A stretch of DNA of 64,000 nucleotides from Fistulifera solaris. Lineage: Eukaryota. Position numbers and translations under genes: made by a program. The notes beneath the pieces were generated by a model. The model was given only the letters and a program-made list of their open reading frames with translations, made no database searches and was not told the origin of the DNA. Location of the stretch: the NCBI GenBank assembly GCA_030295235.1, contig AP026125.1:1116001-1180000 (forward strand), written 5' to 3'. Of this stretch, positions 12,043-24,144 are shown in pieces (position 1 is the stretch's first letter; every line of letters begins with the position of its first letter).

Positions 12043-12934
12043 TTATTCTTGCGTAGGATTACCCGCCACGCTAACCAAGTTGATGCAATAGCGGGAACCT
12101 TTCTTGTCCGGCAAATTGTGGCCAAGATGCGTCCCATCAACACTAACAGTTTCTCCATCGCTCAGCACGCGGACAAAATCCCAATTGACCTCTTGATCTG
12201 TTGTTGTCAGGATATTTTATTATTTTAGTCATGTACTAAGCTGAACGATTTCCACGAAATCCAAGCACGACACTTACCACGAAAGCTAGGCCATCCATGA
12301 GCTCTACTTTCTGTCAAAAATTCATCCATGGTTCGACCTTTGGGGGCGGTGAATAGCAGCTTTCCTGTATTAGAGTCGTAAAAATTGATCTCTCCCGGAT
12401 TTGTTTTGGCGTCCTTGATGAAACTGGTCTTCTCAAAATATCCACTAATCATTGTAAACTGTTGAGAACACTGTTGCGAAAGGAATGGTAACGAATAGAC
12501 CCCAATAACCTACCTGTATTCAGCATAATGACGACTGTCGAACGGTGGAAAGGAAGCATGAGGAACTATACTGGTACCCACGAAAGAAGCAAATAACGTT
12601 TGAAATACTTACTTGAAATTGCAGATGCGATCTGCGGTATCACGATCGCATCCCCAGCGAAGATTTTGCTGCACAGGAACCTGTATTTCGGCAAAAGAAA
12701 GGATGATAAAAATGAGAGGCATCGCTCTCAAGGTAATCGAATGGTCTATGAAGAATGAATTTGACTTACAGCGGAAGTACCATGAGACTTCGGCGCCTGT
12801 GTGCAACGATTTTACCACAATGAGATCTTCATTCGATGCCAAAATACAGCTCGATGGAAATGTTGTCTCTGACTTACCATGATCGACTCGTCACCCATGA
12901 CACATGGAGCGGGAAATGATTTCTTTCCGAACAT
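12043..12934 (-). CDS. Methionine sulfoxide reductase B-like (Mss4-like fold) protein, 6 coding exons
   Basis: The spliced frame gives HGTS..VPVQQNLRWGCDRDTADRICNFNRHYAEYSGYF...HGWPSF...THLGHNLPD...RYCINLVS (MsrB GWPSF, HLGH, RYCIN motifs). It includes 27-nt and 21-nt exons. Confidence 0.8.
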
Positions 12935-13399
12935 TTTTTGCTTTCTTTCACTTATAGAGGCTTGCTGCTTGATTAACGCTATTGAATAAGAATTGTGAGA
13001 AGAAGAATCACTTTCTTATGAACATTTACCACGATCAACTTTTTTGTCGCAATAAGAATGTGCTCGAGCTTCTTTGAAAATGAGCAATAAAACCCGCAAA
13101 AACTGCCCCAGCTCAATACACTCGGAGTCACGAGTTATCAGTCATGCGAGTAAGTTATGGGTGTTGACGTCGTCGCGCGTTGTTATTGACGGTTACAATG
13201 TACTCTGGAAGAATAGGTAGAAAGAGAACACACAGCAGGCGCGGCCGCAAGGCAAAATGGATCATGACCGCACAATAATAGGGACGACAAGCATTGGAAG
13301 GTGTTTCTTATTGACTCAACATTTGCTTTCATCGGAAAGACAACTTAAAAATTATTCTACATAGTTTCATTGTTCTGCGGTCTGATTATAAATTCGAAT

Positions 13400-15358
13400 A
13401 TGAGCGACGATGATTTATTTGCGACATTAAGCGGCAGCCTGATGAAAGATCTTTTGGCTGATCTGACTGCTGAAGACGGTGACGGCGGTTTCATGTCACT
13501 GGAAGAACTGGAAAAGGAACTTGCGTATTTGGACAAGGGATCCACTGCAACGTCTTTTCCGCAGCCGCTCTCGGCTCCTCCGACTTCAGCGGCAGCTATG
13601 GTCATGGCGAATCGACATGATCCGGTGACACCATCCGCTCCGTTATCCGGCACGCCTATGAACAGCGGCCCAGCGCTTGATGCATGGAGTCTCTCCCTTC
13701 AGAACTTCTCTGCATCTGCATTGGAGCATGAGTTTTTGAAGGCTGACTCTGTACGCAAGCAGCAACAACGTCCACCGTCTGGAATGCCCCCTGGTTTAGA
13801 TCTATCATCGGTTCAGGAGTACAACATTGATGAGGCGTTGAAAGTTGCCGCTCCACCTGGCATAGCCAGTGTTCCTTCTTCTCTGCCTCCTGTACCGGAA
13901 AAGAAGGCGGCTCCTCCAAATGAAGCTAGTGTCTTGACAGAGGCTGCAGCCAAGCTTGTTGCGCAGATGCAACAAGGAGGAGCAGCAACCCAAACTGCTT
14001 TACCTCATATGTCAGATATTCCAAAACCTGTTCCAGCGACCCCGCAAAACTCGATCACAATCCGAGGAGGACAGGAGGTGTCTACACCTGCACATGCTGG
14101 CAATATTCCCCCGACTCCCCCGCCTTCGGCTGCTGCGACTCCATTCTTTACTCACGGTCCTCCAGAGATTCCGATGGGCTCTGTCGTCCCTACCTATTTG
14201 CCCATCGCCGCCTCTACCATTCCCGTAGCTGTGCCAGTTCGTGGAGCGGCGTGGCAGCATTCGGGTCCGCCTCCACCAAGCCAGCCTCGGTTTTGCAATC
14301 CCCATCCCCGTGCACCGACTATTCCGGCCACGGATTTGACAAGCAAGTACATGACATCTCGAGATATTGGGTATGTAGTTCACGGTATCCTCCGTCACAT
14401 TCAAGCTGCCGGGGCGTCGTCTGTCGATGATTATGACGTTCAGTACTGGGTCCGTCGAAACGGAAATAAAGCCGCCGAGCAAGCTGTTCTTTCTCGACCA
14501 ACACCGCAAAAGAAAAAGAATGCCGATGATGCGAAGGAGACTGCGTCGGAAGCAGCTCTCGCTGTTTTGGAGCAGCGCAGTCGACAAGCAAAAGCCAAAG
14601 AGTGGTCGAATGAGCACAGCACTCTCGGTCTTGTGACAAAGACGAATGTTCACCGTCCTAGGGCTTTGTTGGCTCAGCCAGTGGCTGTCGATCAGGGTGC
14701 CATCGGTAGTGAACAGAAACAACGGGCGGCTCTTTGGAAAGCACGAATCTATGCCGATCAGGCTTATCAGGCTTTGAACAAAGTGCTGGAATTATGGAGA
14801 ATGGCTGCTCCTGGACAAGTCCCTGCTTCCATGCATCCGCATTTGTTGCGACTTCTCAAGTGTATGGGAATTCATAAAACTGCAGTTGATGGTGAAGACG
14901 ATCAGCACGAGTACCGTGTGACTGATGAGGACGCCATGCGGTTGCTATTGAAGCTTGATAAGGGAAAGAACCTACTTAGCCGTGTCCTCGAGCAGGCGCT
15001 ACTGCCTCCTCAAGCTGTTCAGGCAGCATTGCCATCCATTTTGAAGATACTGTTGGCCTCTTCCTCAGTCAGCAAATCAAATGGTGTTGACGACTTGACA
15101 GATAACCGGATCTTCAGTATATTGTCTCGAATAGTAGAGAGTCTTCCTGATCTTTCACCGCAATGCTTACTCACATCCGTTCAGGTAGTTCATGGTTCCA
15201 GCGAGCAAGCTTTACTGACAACGTCACGGATGCAATGTATGCACTCATTGCTTCACCGCGGAAGTGTGGTATCTCAGGATCCCAGTTCTCCCGAGGACTT
15301 TAAGCAACAGTGGGGGATCATAGAGGACTCGTTCCTTGAAATCTTGAGTGCAATGTAA
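13400..15358 (+). CDS. PAT1: PAT1-like mRNA decapping activator
   Basis: Acidic N-terminus with MSLEELE, a Pro-rich middle, YMTSRDI...DDYDVQYW, LGLVTKTNVHRPRALL and KGKNLLSRVL, followed by a helical C-terminus. This matches Pat1 architecture. Confidence 0.7.
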   Translation: MSDDDLFATLSGSLMKDLLADLTAEDGDGGFMSLEELEKELAYLDKGSTATSFPQPLSAPPTSAAAMVMANRHDPVTPSAPLSGTPMNSGPALDAWSLSLQNFSASALEHEFLKADSVRKQQQRPPSGMPPGLDLSSVQEYNIDEALKVAAPPGIASVPSSLPPVPEKKAAPPNEASVLTEAAAKLVAQMQQGGAATQTALPHMSDIPKPVPATPQNSITIRGGQEVSTPAHAGNIPPTPPPSAAATPFFTHGPPEIPMGSVVPTYLPIAASTIPVAVPVRGAAWQHSGPPPPSQPRFCNPHPRAPTIPATDLTSKYMTSRDIGYVVHGILRHIQAAGASSVDDYDVQYWVRRNGNKAAEQAVLSRPTPQKKKNADDAKETASEAALAVLEQRSRQAKAKEWSNEHSTLGLVTKTNVHRPRALLAQPVAVDQGAIGSEQKQRAALWKARIYADQAYQALNKVLELWRMAAPGQVPASMHPHLLRLLKCMGIHKTAVDGEDDQHEYRVTDEDAMRLLLKLDKGKNLLSRVLEQALLPPQAVQAALPSILKILLASSSVSKSNGVDDLTDNRIFSILSRIVESLPDLSPQCLLTSVQVVHGSSEQALLTTSRMQCMHSLLHRGSVVSQDPSSPEDFKQQWGIIEDSFLEILSAM

Positions 15359-15893
15359 ATCTTCATGTCACTGGACACCTTCCTCTCCGCCCTTTTTAAT
15401 AAAAAAAAATAAACATCGAAAAAATGAACACAACGTTAAACCACACTCAAAAAAAAAAAAGTTCTTCGATGCTGTCGTCATTTACTATGACATGACCAAT
15501 TTTTAGTCGCGAGTAATGACTATAGACTCGAGTGTAGTTGCTGCTGCCGGCAACAGCAGCCATCCAAAAGACTTTTCGCTTTTGAATTCGGAGTTCGGAC
15601 ATTTGGCAACTCCGCGTGTACTTAGCTGAAGATACTAGTGATCCTTACACTACAAGTTTGTGTTGGTGACCAGTACACAATACAAAATACTCCCCATTGA
15701 GGATGATTCAGCGACCGCGGAACGCGCTAGCGGCTTTTTTGCTGTTGATGTTTCTATTCGTTCCTGTTGCCATTGTTTGCATCGAAAGCAGATGCTTTGT
15801 CGTTGGCTTCTTTGTGTCAACTGGTGACACCAGTAGTCAATTACAGAGTTTAAATTAGCACGACGATACACTGATAATTGGGACGATCTTAAA

Positions 15894-17483
15894 GTGTTTT
15901 GTGACTACCAGTACGCAAGGTCCTTATTTCTGAGTGAGAAGACGAATACTCCGTACCTTTGGGGGCTGGAGACGAAGCAATCGTCTCTCGGAACTCTGTT
16001 TTTATCTCGCTTCCTACAGTTGCTGAGTCATTCTGTGAAGCGAAAGAAAGAGGTCGATCTTCCTGGAGCAGGAGGGGGAATGACGTCGCTGCTCTTGAAT
16101 TGCAAAATGTCTTTCCAGCTGTCACAGACATGGCGACTAAGAACCCGACCTTTTTCACATAAACTCAGCAGCAGAAGTGCTTCTTCGAAATCCCTGAACT
16201 CTTGTGTCTACCTCAAGTCGGCACCCTTGATCAGCAAACTACCGCAGCGTGGCTTAAAGCTTCGAGCGCGAAAAGACCTTTCTGTGGACTCGCGTCTTAA
16301 CAAGGGAAGTCATGCTAAACGCCGCCAGGCAACATTGTCGATGGAGACTACTGCAGGACAAGCCGTACAGCAAGAAAAGCAAGTCCTACGACAATCTTTC
16401 AGAGAATTTTTGGAAGAGGCGCTGAAGAAGCCTCGGACTGTTCCGATTCCGCGCTGGGTTACACCCAAGCACGTCACGTTCACTTTGGCGGAAGCATTCG
16501 GTCACTCCTCTTTCGTTCTCGTCGCGTTTTCGTACGCTGTGGACGACTATTTAATGCTGCGTATGATTGCTGTCGCCGGATCATCGGCGATGCTATTCTT
16601 CGCTTACTTTCATCCACATGGGCGTGTTCTTTGGCTCCCTTTCAAATGGAACTGTCTCTTTATCGCGATTAACAGTTATCGCGTCGGAAAAGTATATTGG
16701 AACAGATATCTGGCCGAGAAGCTATCACCAGAGCTTATGGAGCTCCGAAAGAACAGTTTCTACTTAATGGACCCTGTTGACTATGCGCGGTTTGTTACGC
16801 TCGGTACCATGCACGACGTCAAGTGCGGCGAAGTGTTGACATCTCAGGGTGAACCGAACGGCTATATTCGTCTGGTAGTGGACGGTGAATTGCGAGTTTT
16901 ACGCGAAGGCAAACTCGCCTACAAGTTGGGTACTGCCAACTTTGTTTCTGAATCGGGTCTTCATGCAGGTCTTCTTTTGAAGGGCGAGGTGGAATCTTGC
17001 TGCACGATAGTTGGCGAAGCAGAAACTACACGGGTGCTTACGTGGGATCGCACTGAACTGATGGATCTCATGGAAAAGTATCCGGGTATACGAAGCTGGG
17101 TCAAGACAAGCCTCTCTTGGGATATTGTCCGTAAATTGAAAGAGCAGAGGGCGTTGCAAGCCTCGGGTGAAATCGAAGACCCCGATGAGTGGACGGAACG
17201 GCGCAATAGACAAACTCAGCACCGATACGCTGCTATTTTGAAAAATATCTTGTCGCATCATCCACAGTATTTGAAAGATCGGCGAAAACAAATACAGAAA
17301 TATCAAATGATTCATAGCATTGACGAAGAGAAACACGAGGCCGCACTTCGAGAATGTGGTTGGACGCGCGAAGAATTTGAAGCAGGAGAACGCAAAGACT
17401 CACAGTACTACACCAATGATGACGATGAGAGGCACGATTTCCGGTGGTACTTCACGACAGCGCTTTTGAGAGTGTTTGGTTGA
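15894..17483 (+). CDS. Popeye-domain / cyclic-nucleotide-binding membrane protein
   Basis: Three hydrophobic helices (GHSSFVLVAFSY...LRMIAV...WNCLFIAIN) followed by a cNMP-like domain (LTSQGE..IRLVVDGELRV..FVSE). The 5' end is uncertain. Confidence 0.7.
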   Translation: MFCDYQYARSLFLSEKTNTPYLWGLETKQSSLGTLFLSRFLQLLSHSVKRKKEVDLPGAGGGMTSLLLNCKMSFQLSQTWRLRTRPFSHKLSSRSASSKSLNSCVYLKSAPLISKLPQRGLKLRARKDLSVDSRLNKGSHAKRRQATLSMETTAGQAVQQEKQVLRQSFREFLEEALKKPRTVPIPRWVTPKHVTFTLAEAFGHSSFVLVAFSYAVDDYLMLRMIAVAGSSAMLFFAYFHPHGRVLWLPFKWNCLFIAINSYRVGKVYWNRYLAEKLSPELMELRKNSFYLMDPVDYARFVTLGTMHDVKCGEVLTSQGEPNGYIRLVVDGELRVLREGKLAYKLGTANFVSESGLHAGLLLKGEVESCCTIVGEAETTRVLTWDRTELMDLMEKYPGIRSWVKTSLSWDIVRKLKEQRALQASGEIEDPDEWTERRNRQTQHRYAAILKNILSHHPQYLKDRRKQIQKYQMIHSIDEEKHEAALRECGWTREEFEAGERKDSQYYTNDDDERHDFRWYFTTALLRVFG

Positions 17484-17667
17484 ACCGTTGCCACGGTCTC
17501 AACCAATTTAGTTTTGATAGATAGAGAGAGATAAAGTAAAGCATTGCACACTCATGTGAATATTGTATCTTCTAATAACTAGTTGCGGATAACTAAGTTG
17601 TAACCACATTTGCCCGCTTATACCAGGCAATCTAATCAATAAATTGTTCCTTCGGCGAGCTTTAACG

Positions 17668-18626
17668 TCATCTGGGTGCAACGTAGCCAGTCTCGATGGC
17701 CCATCGAACCAGCTGCGTCCGAGTTTTTGTCATCGACTCTTTGTACAGTTTGGTCACTATCTTTTCACTTGTGACACACCCGTGCCCCGTTTCGTGGCTA
17801 TTTCTGCATTGCTGTAGCCCTTGCTAATCAGGTCAAGCACTTCTCGCTCTGCCAAAGTAAGATACACGTCTGTCTTCTTGACGACGTTGTCACTATTCTT
17901 CTTCATCAACTGTTTAATGCGCGAGATCTCATCCTTAAGCTCCATGCGAAGCATCCCCTCCGAGCCCTTTTTCAGCTGCTTCTGACGAGCTATTCGATTG
18001 TCGACTATAGCTACCAATTCCTCTGGATCGAACGGTTTGGGCAAGTACACATCCGCTCCCGCATTGTATCCGTCAACGCGATCTTTCGTCATGGCCTTCG
18101 CCGTTAATAAAATAACGGGAATTTTTTTCAAACGAGTATCTTGCCGTATCCATCGCAGCAATTGCACTCCGTCTTTTCCAGGCATACGAACATCACTAAT
18201 AATGACATCGGGCACGCGAGGTAGATCACCCTCGTCGGTCCGATTTGCCAACAAATCCAATACAGCATCGGCGCTCGAACAAGTTGTGACCTGATAGCCT
18301 TGATTGTAAAGATAATCACCCACCGCTACGCGCATATCGAGCTCATCGTCGACTAATACGATCCAATGTCGATTGCGTCCAACAAATTGTGACCAAGCTT
18401 TTTGGTCGATGCGACCTGTACTTTCATCTTTGACCAGGAAACTGCTTGCTGTTTTGTTGCTGGCTTCCTTCCGAACAACAAACGACCGCTTGTTTGTTAT
18501 ACGATTGAGACTATTGTGCGAATAAATTTTTGCAAGAAACGCATGAGTCACCTGAAGGAGTGACCCGAGAGTAATAGCAAGCAACAATGAACGACGGCAC
18601 GTGCTTTGAATGGACGCTGATCTCAT
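17668..18626 (-). CDS. ycf29: Plastid-targeted NarL/LuxR-type response regulator (Ycf29-like)
   Basis: Signal peptide ending VTHA-F, a receiver domain (LVDDE, IISDVRMP, LTAK, LPKPF) and a LuxR HTH (LTLAEREVLDLISKGYSNAEIA). The HTH is completed in a shifted frame (KIVTKLYKESMTKTRTQLVRWAIETGY, stop at 17668). Confidence 0.8.
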
Positions 18627-19041
18627 TAATGCTTTGTGTGCGCAAATTCCTAAGTATTACTTTCACAAGCCTTTGTCCCACTTATTTCCTAAGAATGCAA
18701 GAGAAAGCAGCCTTTCTTGAACAATTGTCAACCATATTATTCCCTATAAACATCATGGCATAATGAAGAGCATTTTTTCCATTATCATTTCGACGAAACT
18801 CATTCGTTAGTCACGATTGAATTACAGTCCCGCGTCATCAATGGTTAATCCCTATTACCAAGACCGCATTCTAGCTTCGACGGAAATACAATTTGCGTTC
18901 CTTGTTGTTATTCTATACGGTGCACTCAGAGGTGAGTAAGGTGGCAACTGGCTTATAAAAATATTATCAAAAATACTACCCAACGACAGTGTATAACTAA
19001 ATCTCCGTTCCCTTTCCTTTGCGATGGGTAAGAGTCAATCA

Positions 19042-20288
19042 CTAAGGCATGTCTCTCATCATTTTGGCCTGTTTCATCACATTATTGTGCATAATCTTAG
19101 AAAGCTCTTGCATTGGAAGTAAAGGGAACGGGTATTCTATTTCGTGCCCAATTTCATCAACTCCGACAAGGATATACGTCGTTAAACTTGTCGCAATGAC
19201 AACCCCGACAGGCGACATGCCTACACCTAAGAGCCCGATGGGGAGCAGAGTCAAATACAAACAAAGAAGTCGCGCTGTGTGCCTCGTGAAAGTGGGAGGG
19301 ATCGGACTACCCACAAGTCGCTTGCATATTCCTATACATTGTTCTAATTCATTGACACGATCCGCCATTTGTAAATGAGCACCTTCGTTCAAAGACTTGG
19401 CAGACGCTGACATGCAAAGCTTTCTCAATCGACTCAAAACGGCAGTTGGCCGATCCGCTGGAGCGGACAAGAGCCAAGCAGCTTCTTCCGGAGGCAAGAC
19501 TGTCTGAATAATTTCATCGTCGCTTTCTCGTCTCAAAAATCCTTTCAAAGTCCAGGACAAAATTGCTAAATATCGGAGTGCCAGAAGAGCTAGGGGAAGA
19601 TCGGCGGGCGCCACATAGGAACAGAAATAACCGGCGAGCGATTGCACTTGACTGCTCATGACACCCCACGTTTTTCGTGCATCGAGTAGTCTCTCTAGAG
19701 CTCGATTCGTCCTCAGAGTGAGAAGTAGCGCAATGGGAGAACCAAACGACCCCAATAGGCCGGATCGGACCGATACTTTCTTGAGATAGGCCGGAAACGC
19801 GGGAAGAAAGGACGCCGCCGAACTCAACAGCGCCGCCCACAATCCCATGACACCTACGACCGGTAAAATTTCGGCCGCCGTGGTAGAGTATCTCCAGCTA
19901 CTGAGATGACGCCAATATCGGCGAATCGGCGGTGCGGAGTCTGGAACGAATTAGTGTTACTCGATGAGAGCGCAACAACGATTGGAGGCCCACTTTTCCT
20001 GCTTTTCACTTACGTTGCAACCAGTCCTCGTGAGTCCAGCTTCGCGTAAAGGAACTATCACGAGATATTTTGTAGCATGGTGTCAGGATGGTGCTGTTGG
20101 TTTGAATATTTTCAATGCTAGCTACATCACGTAAAAAAGTCTGCAATCATTTGCTCCTCCTTCGGCAAAGGGTCAATATTTCGGGGTTGCCATGTCGGTG
20201 TGAGGTCATTCGAGGACGCCGACACCAGTACTCCTAAAGAGACGAAAATTGTGATCTGCAGCAGAGGAGAGAAAGGGATAATTATCAT
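19042..20288 (-). CDS. Bestrophin-like (UPF0187/VCCN1-type) anion channel
   Basis: LLLTLRTNRALERLLDARKTWG, CKRLVGSPIPPTFTRHT and DEIGHEIEYPF motifs. The 5' exon has a signal-like N-terminus; one intron at ~20013-19942 and an indel at 20133-20138. Confidence 0.8.
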
Positions 20289-20417
20289 TGATTTGTATTG
20301 GAAGTTGCTGTAATGTATTGCCTGGTTAGAAGGGTAATGTGATGAGAAAATGGAAATGCCGATGCGGTTGTGTGTTTTTTGCGCTTGACAATTGTTGGCT
20401 GGCGCTAGTCAAATGTC

Positions 20418-21160
20418 TTGAAATTTCACTATGAAACGGAGTGTTGGTTTACGCCAGCCACGACTGGATTGTGCAGTAGTCATGAACCGAACAACAAAGG
20501 GATTCCGTTTGGCGTCTCTCGCATCCGTCCATTGTCATTCAACTGCGAATATATTATTTTTTAAAAATAACGGATAAAATAAAGTCGCAACAATGATGAT
20601 TCTTAACTACTTGTTAGGAGTTTCTTTTTTTTTAAAAAATAACGTCGAAATAATCCGAGGAACGACACCTTGAATTTCCATTATGAAAAGGAGTGTTGGT
20701 TTACGCCAGCCAAGACTGGATTGTACAGTAGTCATGAACCGAACAACAAAGGGATTCCGTTTGGCGTCTCTCGCATCTCGCATCCGTCCATTGTCATTCA
20801 ACTGCCAATATATCATTTTTTAATAGCGGATAAAATAAAGTCGCAACAATGATGATTCTGAACTACTTGTGAGGAGTTTCTTTTGTTAAAAAACGTCGAA
20901 ATAATCCGAGGAACGACACCTTGAATTTCCACTATAAAACGGAGTGTTAGTTTACGCCAGCCAAGACTGGATTGTACAGTAGTCATGAACCGAACAACAA
21001 AGGGATTCCGTTTGGCGTCTCTCGCATCTCGCATCCGTCCATTGTCATTCAACTGCCAATATATCATTTTTTAATAGCGGATAAAATAAAGTCGCAACAA
21101 TGATGATTCTGAACTACTTGTTAAGAGTTTTCTTTTATTTTTACGTCTAAAATTATCCTC
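20418..21160. repeat. Tandem repeat, ~251-bp unit, ~3 copies
   Basis: GTGTT(G/A)GTTTACGCCAGCCA recurs at 20441, 20693 and 20944; the units are nearly identical. Confidence 0.95.
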
Positions 21161-21392
21161 ATCATGCTGATGTTCTGTACAGGTTACAGGTACGAGCGAA
21201 ACTTATTCTGTCTGTGCGTCAGTCAACAGTGTTCGCAAAAGCAGTGCAAATCCAGCAATCCAAAGCCATCGACAATATTTTCGGCTTTCGGCATTACCAC
21301 GCTTGTCTGACGTTTCGAAGAACAAAACGCTTAACCAAAGTCTTCTAGTATTTCTTGTTGTTAACCAGCTTTCTTATTTACATAGAATCAGG

Positions 21393-22041
21393 ATGAATCA
21401 TTTTCCGCCTTGCGGGAGGCTGGCTCTTGTGAGAATCATAGTCCTTCTTTCGTTTTTACGGAATAGGCGCTTTCCCTCTCTTCCCCCCGTCATCCTCCAA
21501 GTGCCACACACAAATGCATGCCGTTCGAACCAACGATCAACGATCCAAACGACAAGAGCGTGTCGGTCAGCTCGTGCGTACTGAGTTGGGGAAGATATTA
21601 CATCAGGGAAGTGCCAGTCGAGCCGAATTCTTAGATGCTGACTTACGACAACGAATTTCGGTCGTCAAGGCCGACGTATCACCGGACCTTCGACAGGCTC
21701 GCATTTCGATTTCTGTTTCGGCGTCACTAGCACGGGAAGACACGGCCATGGACAAACGACGAGCCTACGCGTGGCTCGTCAACAACGCCAAGCCTTTACG
21801 ACATGCACTGTCGCAAAAGCTGAGTCACATGAAGTCATGCCCCGAATTGAAGTTTGTGCAAGTCGATGTGGCCGCCGCGGTAGACGTCATGTACTTAATT
21901 GACAAAATTTCATCTGGAAATGACAAACGATCGGGTAGTTTACTTGGGGAGTCTCCGTCGGGTATCATGGGTGGTGTTGATTTTGATTTGGATATGGATG
22001 ATGAAGACGATTGGGAAGAGGAGGACGAGGACTTCTTTTGA
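21393..22041 (+). CDS. rbfA: Plastid ribosome-binding factor A
   Basis: RQERVGQLVRTEL, SVVKADVSPDLRQARISIS and CPELKFVQ. The bipartite presequence (…YGIGA-FPL) joins after removing one T at 21453-21457. Confidence 0.85.
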
Positions 22042-22109
22042 CAGAAGACTAAATAAACAGCTTAGTGTTGAAGTGGCTTATTGATGATTCATATCATTTT
22101 ATTATGTAA

Positions 22110-23101
22110 TTACGATGACATTTCGTTGCGTTTCTCTTCTTCAAATTCGTAATGCATATCGTTCACATCAATAGCATGAATTTTGACCCAGCCATCCTTG
22201 GTGACATGATATAAATTGTTGATTCCACCCGAAGCAGCATCACGGTACGTGGCATGGTAAATGGCACGCTTGCCGAGATCAATGGCTTCTTCCAAAGTTA
22301 AATCTTCACGATAGTAATTATCCAAAACGCCGTAAGCAAACGTGGAGCCGCTGCCTACCGAAAACATCTTGCCCTTCAAGCGGGTACCATCGTCATCAAC
22401 ATAGTACAACTGAGGACCTGTTTCATCCCATCCCGTGATCATGGTACCCATGGAAAGTCCATATCCGCGGTACGAGGCCATCGTCCCGGCGAGCAATTTG
22501 GACGCCGCCGCGACCGTAATACGACGCCCGTTGCGGAGTTCATACATACGGCACTGCAAATTCAATCGACGCTCCCAGTAACTACAATCAGCTGCTCCTC
22601 CCGCCATGGTTCCGAGCAAGTACGGATTCATTTCAATGACTTTCTTGACGGTCTGGGAACTAATGTAATTTCCTTGAGTCGCCCGCGAATCGACACTGAC
22701 AATGATGCCGCCGTTGAATTTGAATGCCAGTGTGGTAGTGCCCTTGGCAAATTTAATCTCCTGCCCTGCATCCCCTGTACCGCACGTCGAGCGAAAATGG
22801 GAGCTGCAGTAAAGCGCTGGCTGTGAAAATCAGGAAAAGGGTTGAAAAAATGATCATGTGAGAAGACAAGCAATAGCAAATCAGTTTATTAAGAGGTATC
22901 ACACAAGACTTCTCTCGTCATCTCTATTGAACGTACATCCTTGACATTCGGTACATCAAAAGCACCGGGTCTTCCCATGAGAAGATCTTGCGATAGACCG
23001 AGCTGAGCTTTATTTCCGCAGTAACGATCGACAGCTTTGCGCGACCCGATGTCCAAGATATCGTCTCCAACTACCAACGGTTCCATTCCGAACGTGCTCA
23101 A
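22110..23101 (-). CDS. PSMB5: 20S proteasome subunit beta type-5
   Basis: Propeptide, then [40 protein letters not shown] and RDAASGG; one intron at ~22936-22822. Confidence 0.95.
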
Positions 23102-24144
23102 TGTTATTTAATAGTTAATAAAGTCTCAAGTACGAGAGTAATTGATGCTATTTCTACGCTTTTTTGTTTTCCGAAGATTGCATCATGGTCGTCGCAGCCG
23201 CGCAGCGACCGAAGACGACGATGCTGTTCGAAAGCCGAGGATGACAGTGAGCCCAAGAAAACTTTACTATAGCTCAAAGTGTTGGTTTACGGGTCTCGTG
23301 ACAGGATTTCGGTCTTGTATTTCAACGCGCTGCGACGTGTTTTCTCTGAGATTTCTTACCGGTATGACACTTAAGTGCGGTACAGTAGCGCAACGTGTAG
23401 ACGACTTTTCGCCCGACTGAATTTAGTCATGAGGAGGGCACTTTTACGTTTTATACTGTAAGGGCTGGTTACTTTTTTTGAATGTTCCCTCGTTCAAATA
23501 GTACAAATTTGTACGTAAGTACATAAGGCACCTATAGTCGAAATTATCGTTGATTGATTAACCTCCACCGCGATAAAAACACGACGACCATGGCGAAAGG
23601 AATTCATGAGGCTGTAACTTCGTTCAGGGACCTGCAAAATTGTGGGAATTGGGCCATCTAATAGCTATTAGCTATAGAAGGCTTATTGTGCGATATCCAC
23701 AATTTTGACGCTTCTGTTGCTGAGATACTCGCTTTCGAGTTGATTTTCTACGGTGAAATAGCACGGGCAGAATCAAATCACGCCTTTTCTCCGCAACCCG
23801 ATCGCCTCTGATGAAAATTAAACATCTCTTGGAACCGCCTCTCCTTAATTATATAATAAAAGTAAAAGAATATCAATCGAGCTTTATTTAATCGATCGGT
23901 GCCCCACCATGTTTAGCCTGGATTTGTGCGGCATTTTTCCATGGTGAGATTTTCGTTCCGACGGTTAGTGTAGCATAAAGTGTACTTTCACGGTGCTATC
24001 GCGACAGGGCGTCCCTGCGCGTAACCAGCCCTTACGCTCGTCACATCCATTCGTCGCAAAAAATTTATCGTCCATTCGCCGTTTATAGCCATCTCTATAA
24101 TAACAAGTCGATTTTTTCCTAATGTTATTTATCCGCAAAGAGTC

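Noticed and set aside
20703..20768. tRNA gene in the 251-bp repeat
   Set aside because: An acceptor-like stem is present, but there is no TTCRA T-loop or D-arm consensus.
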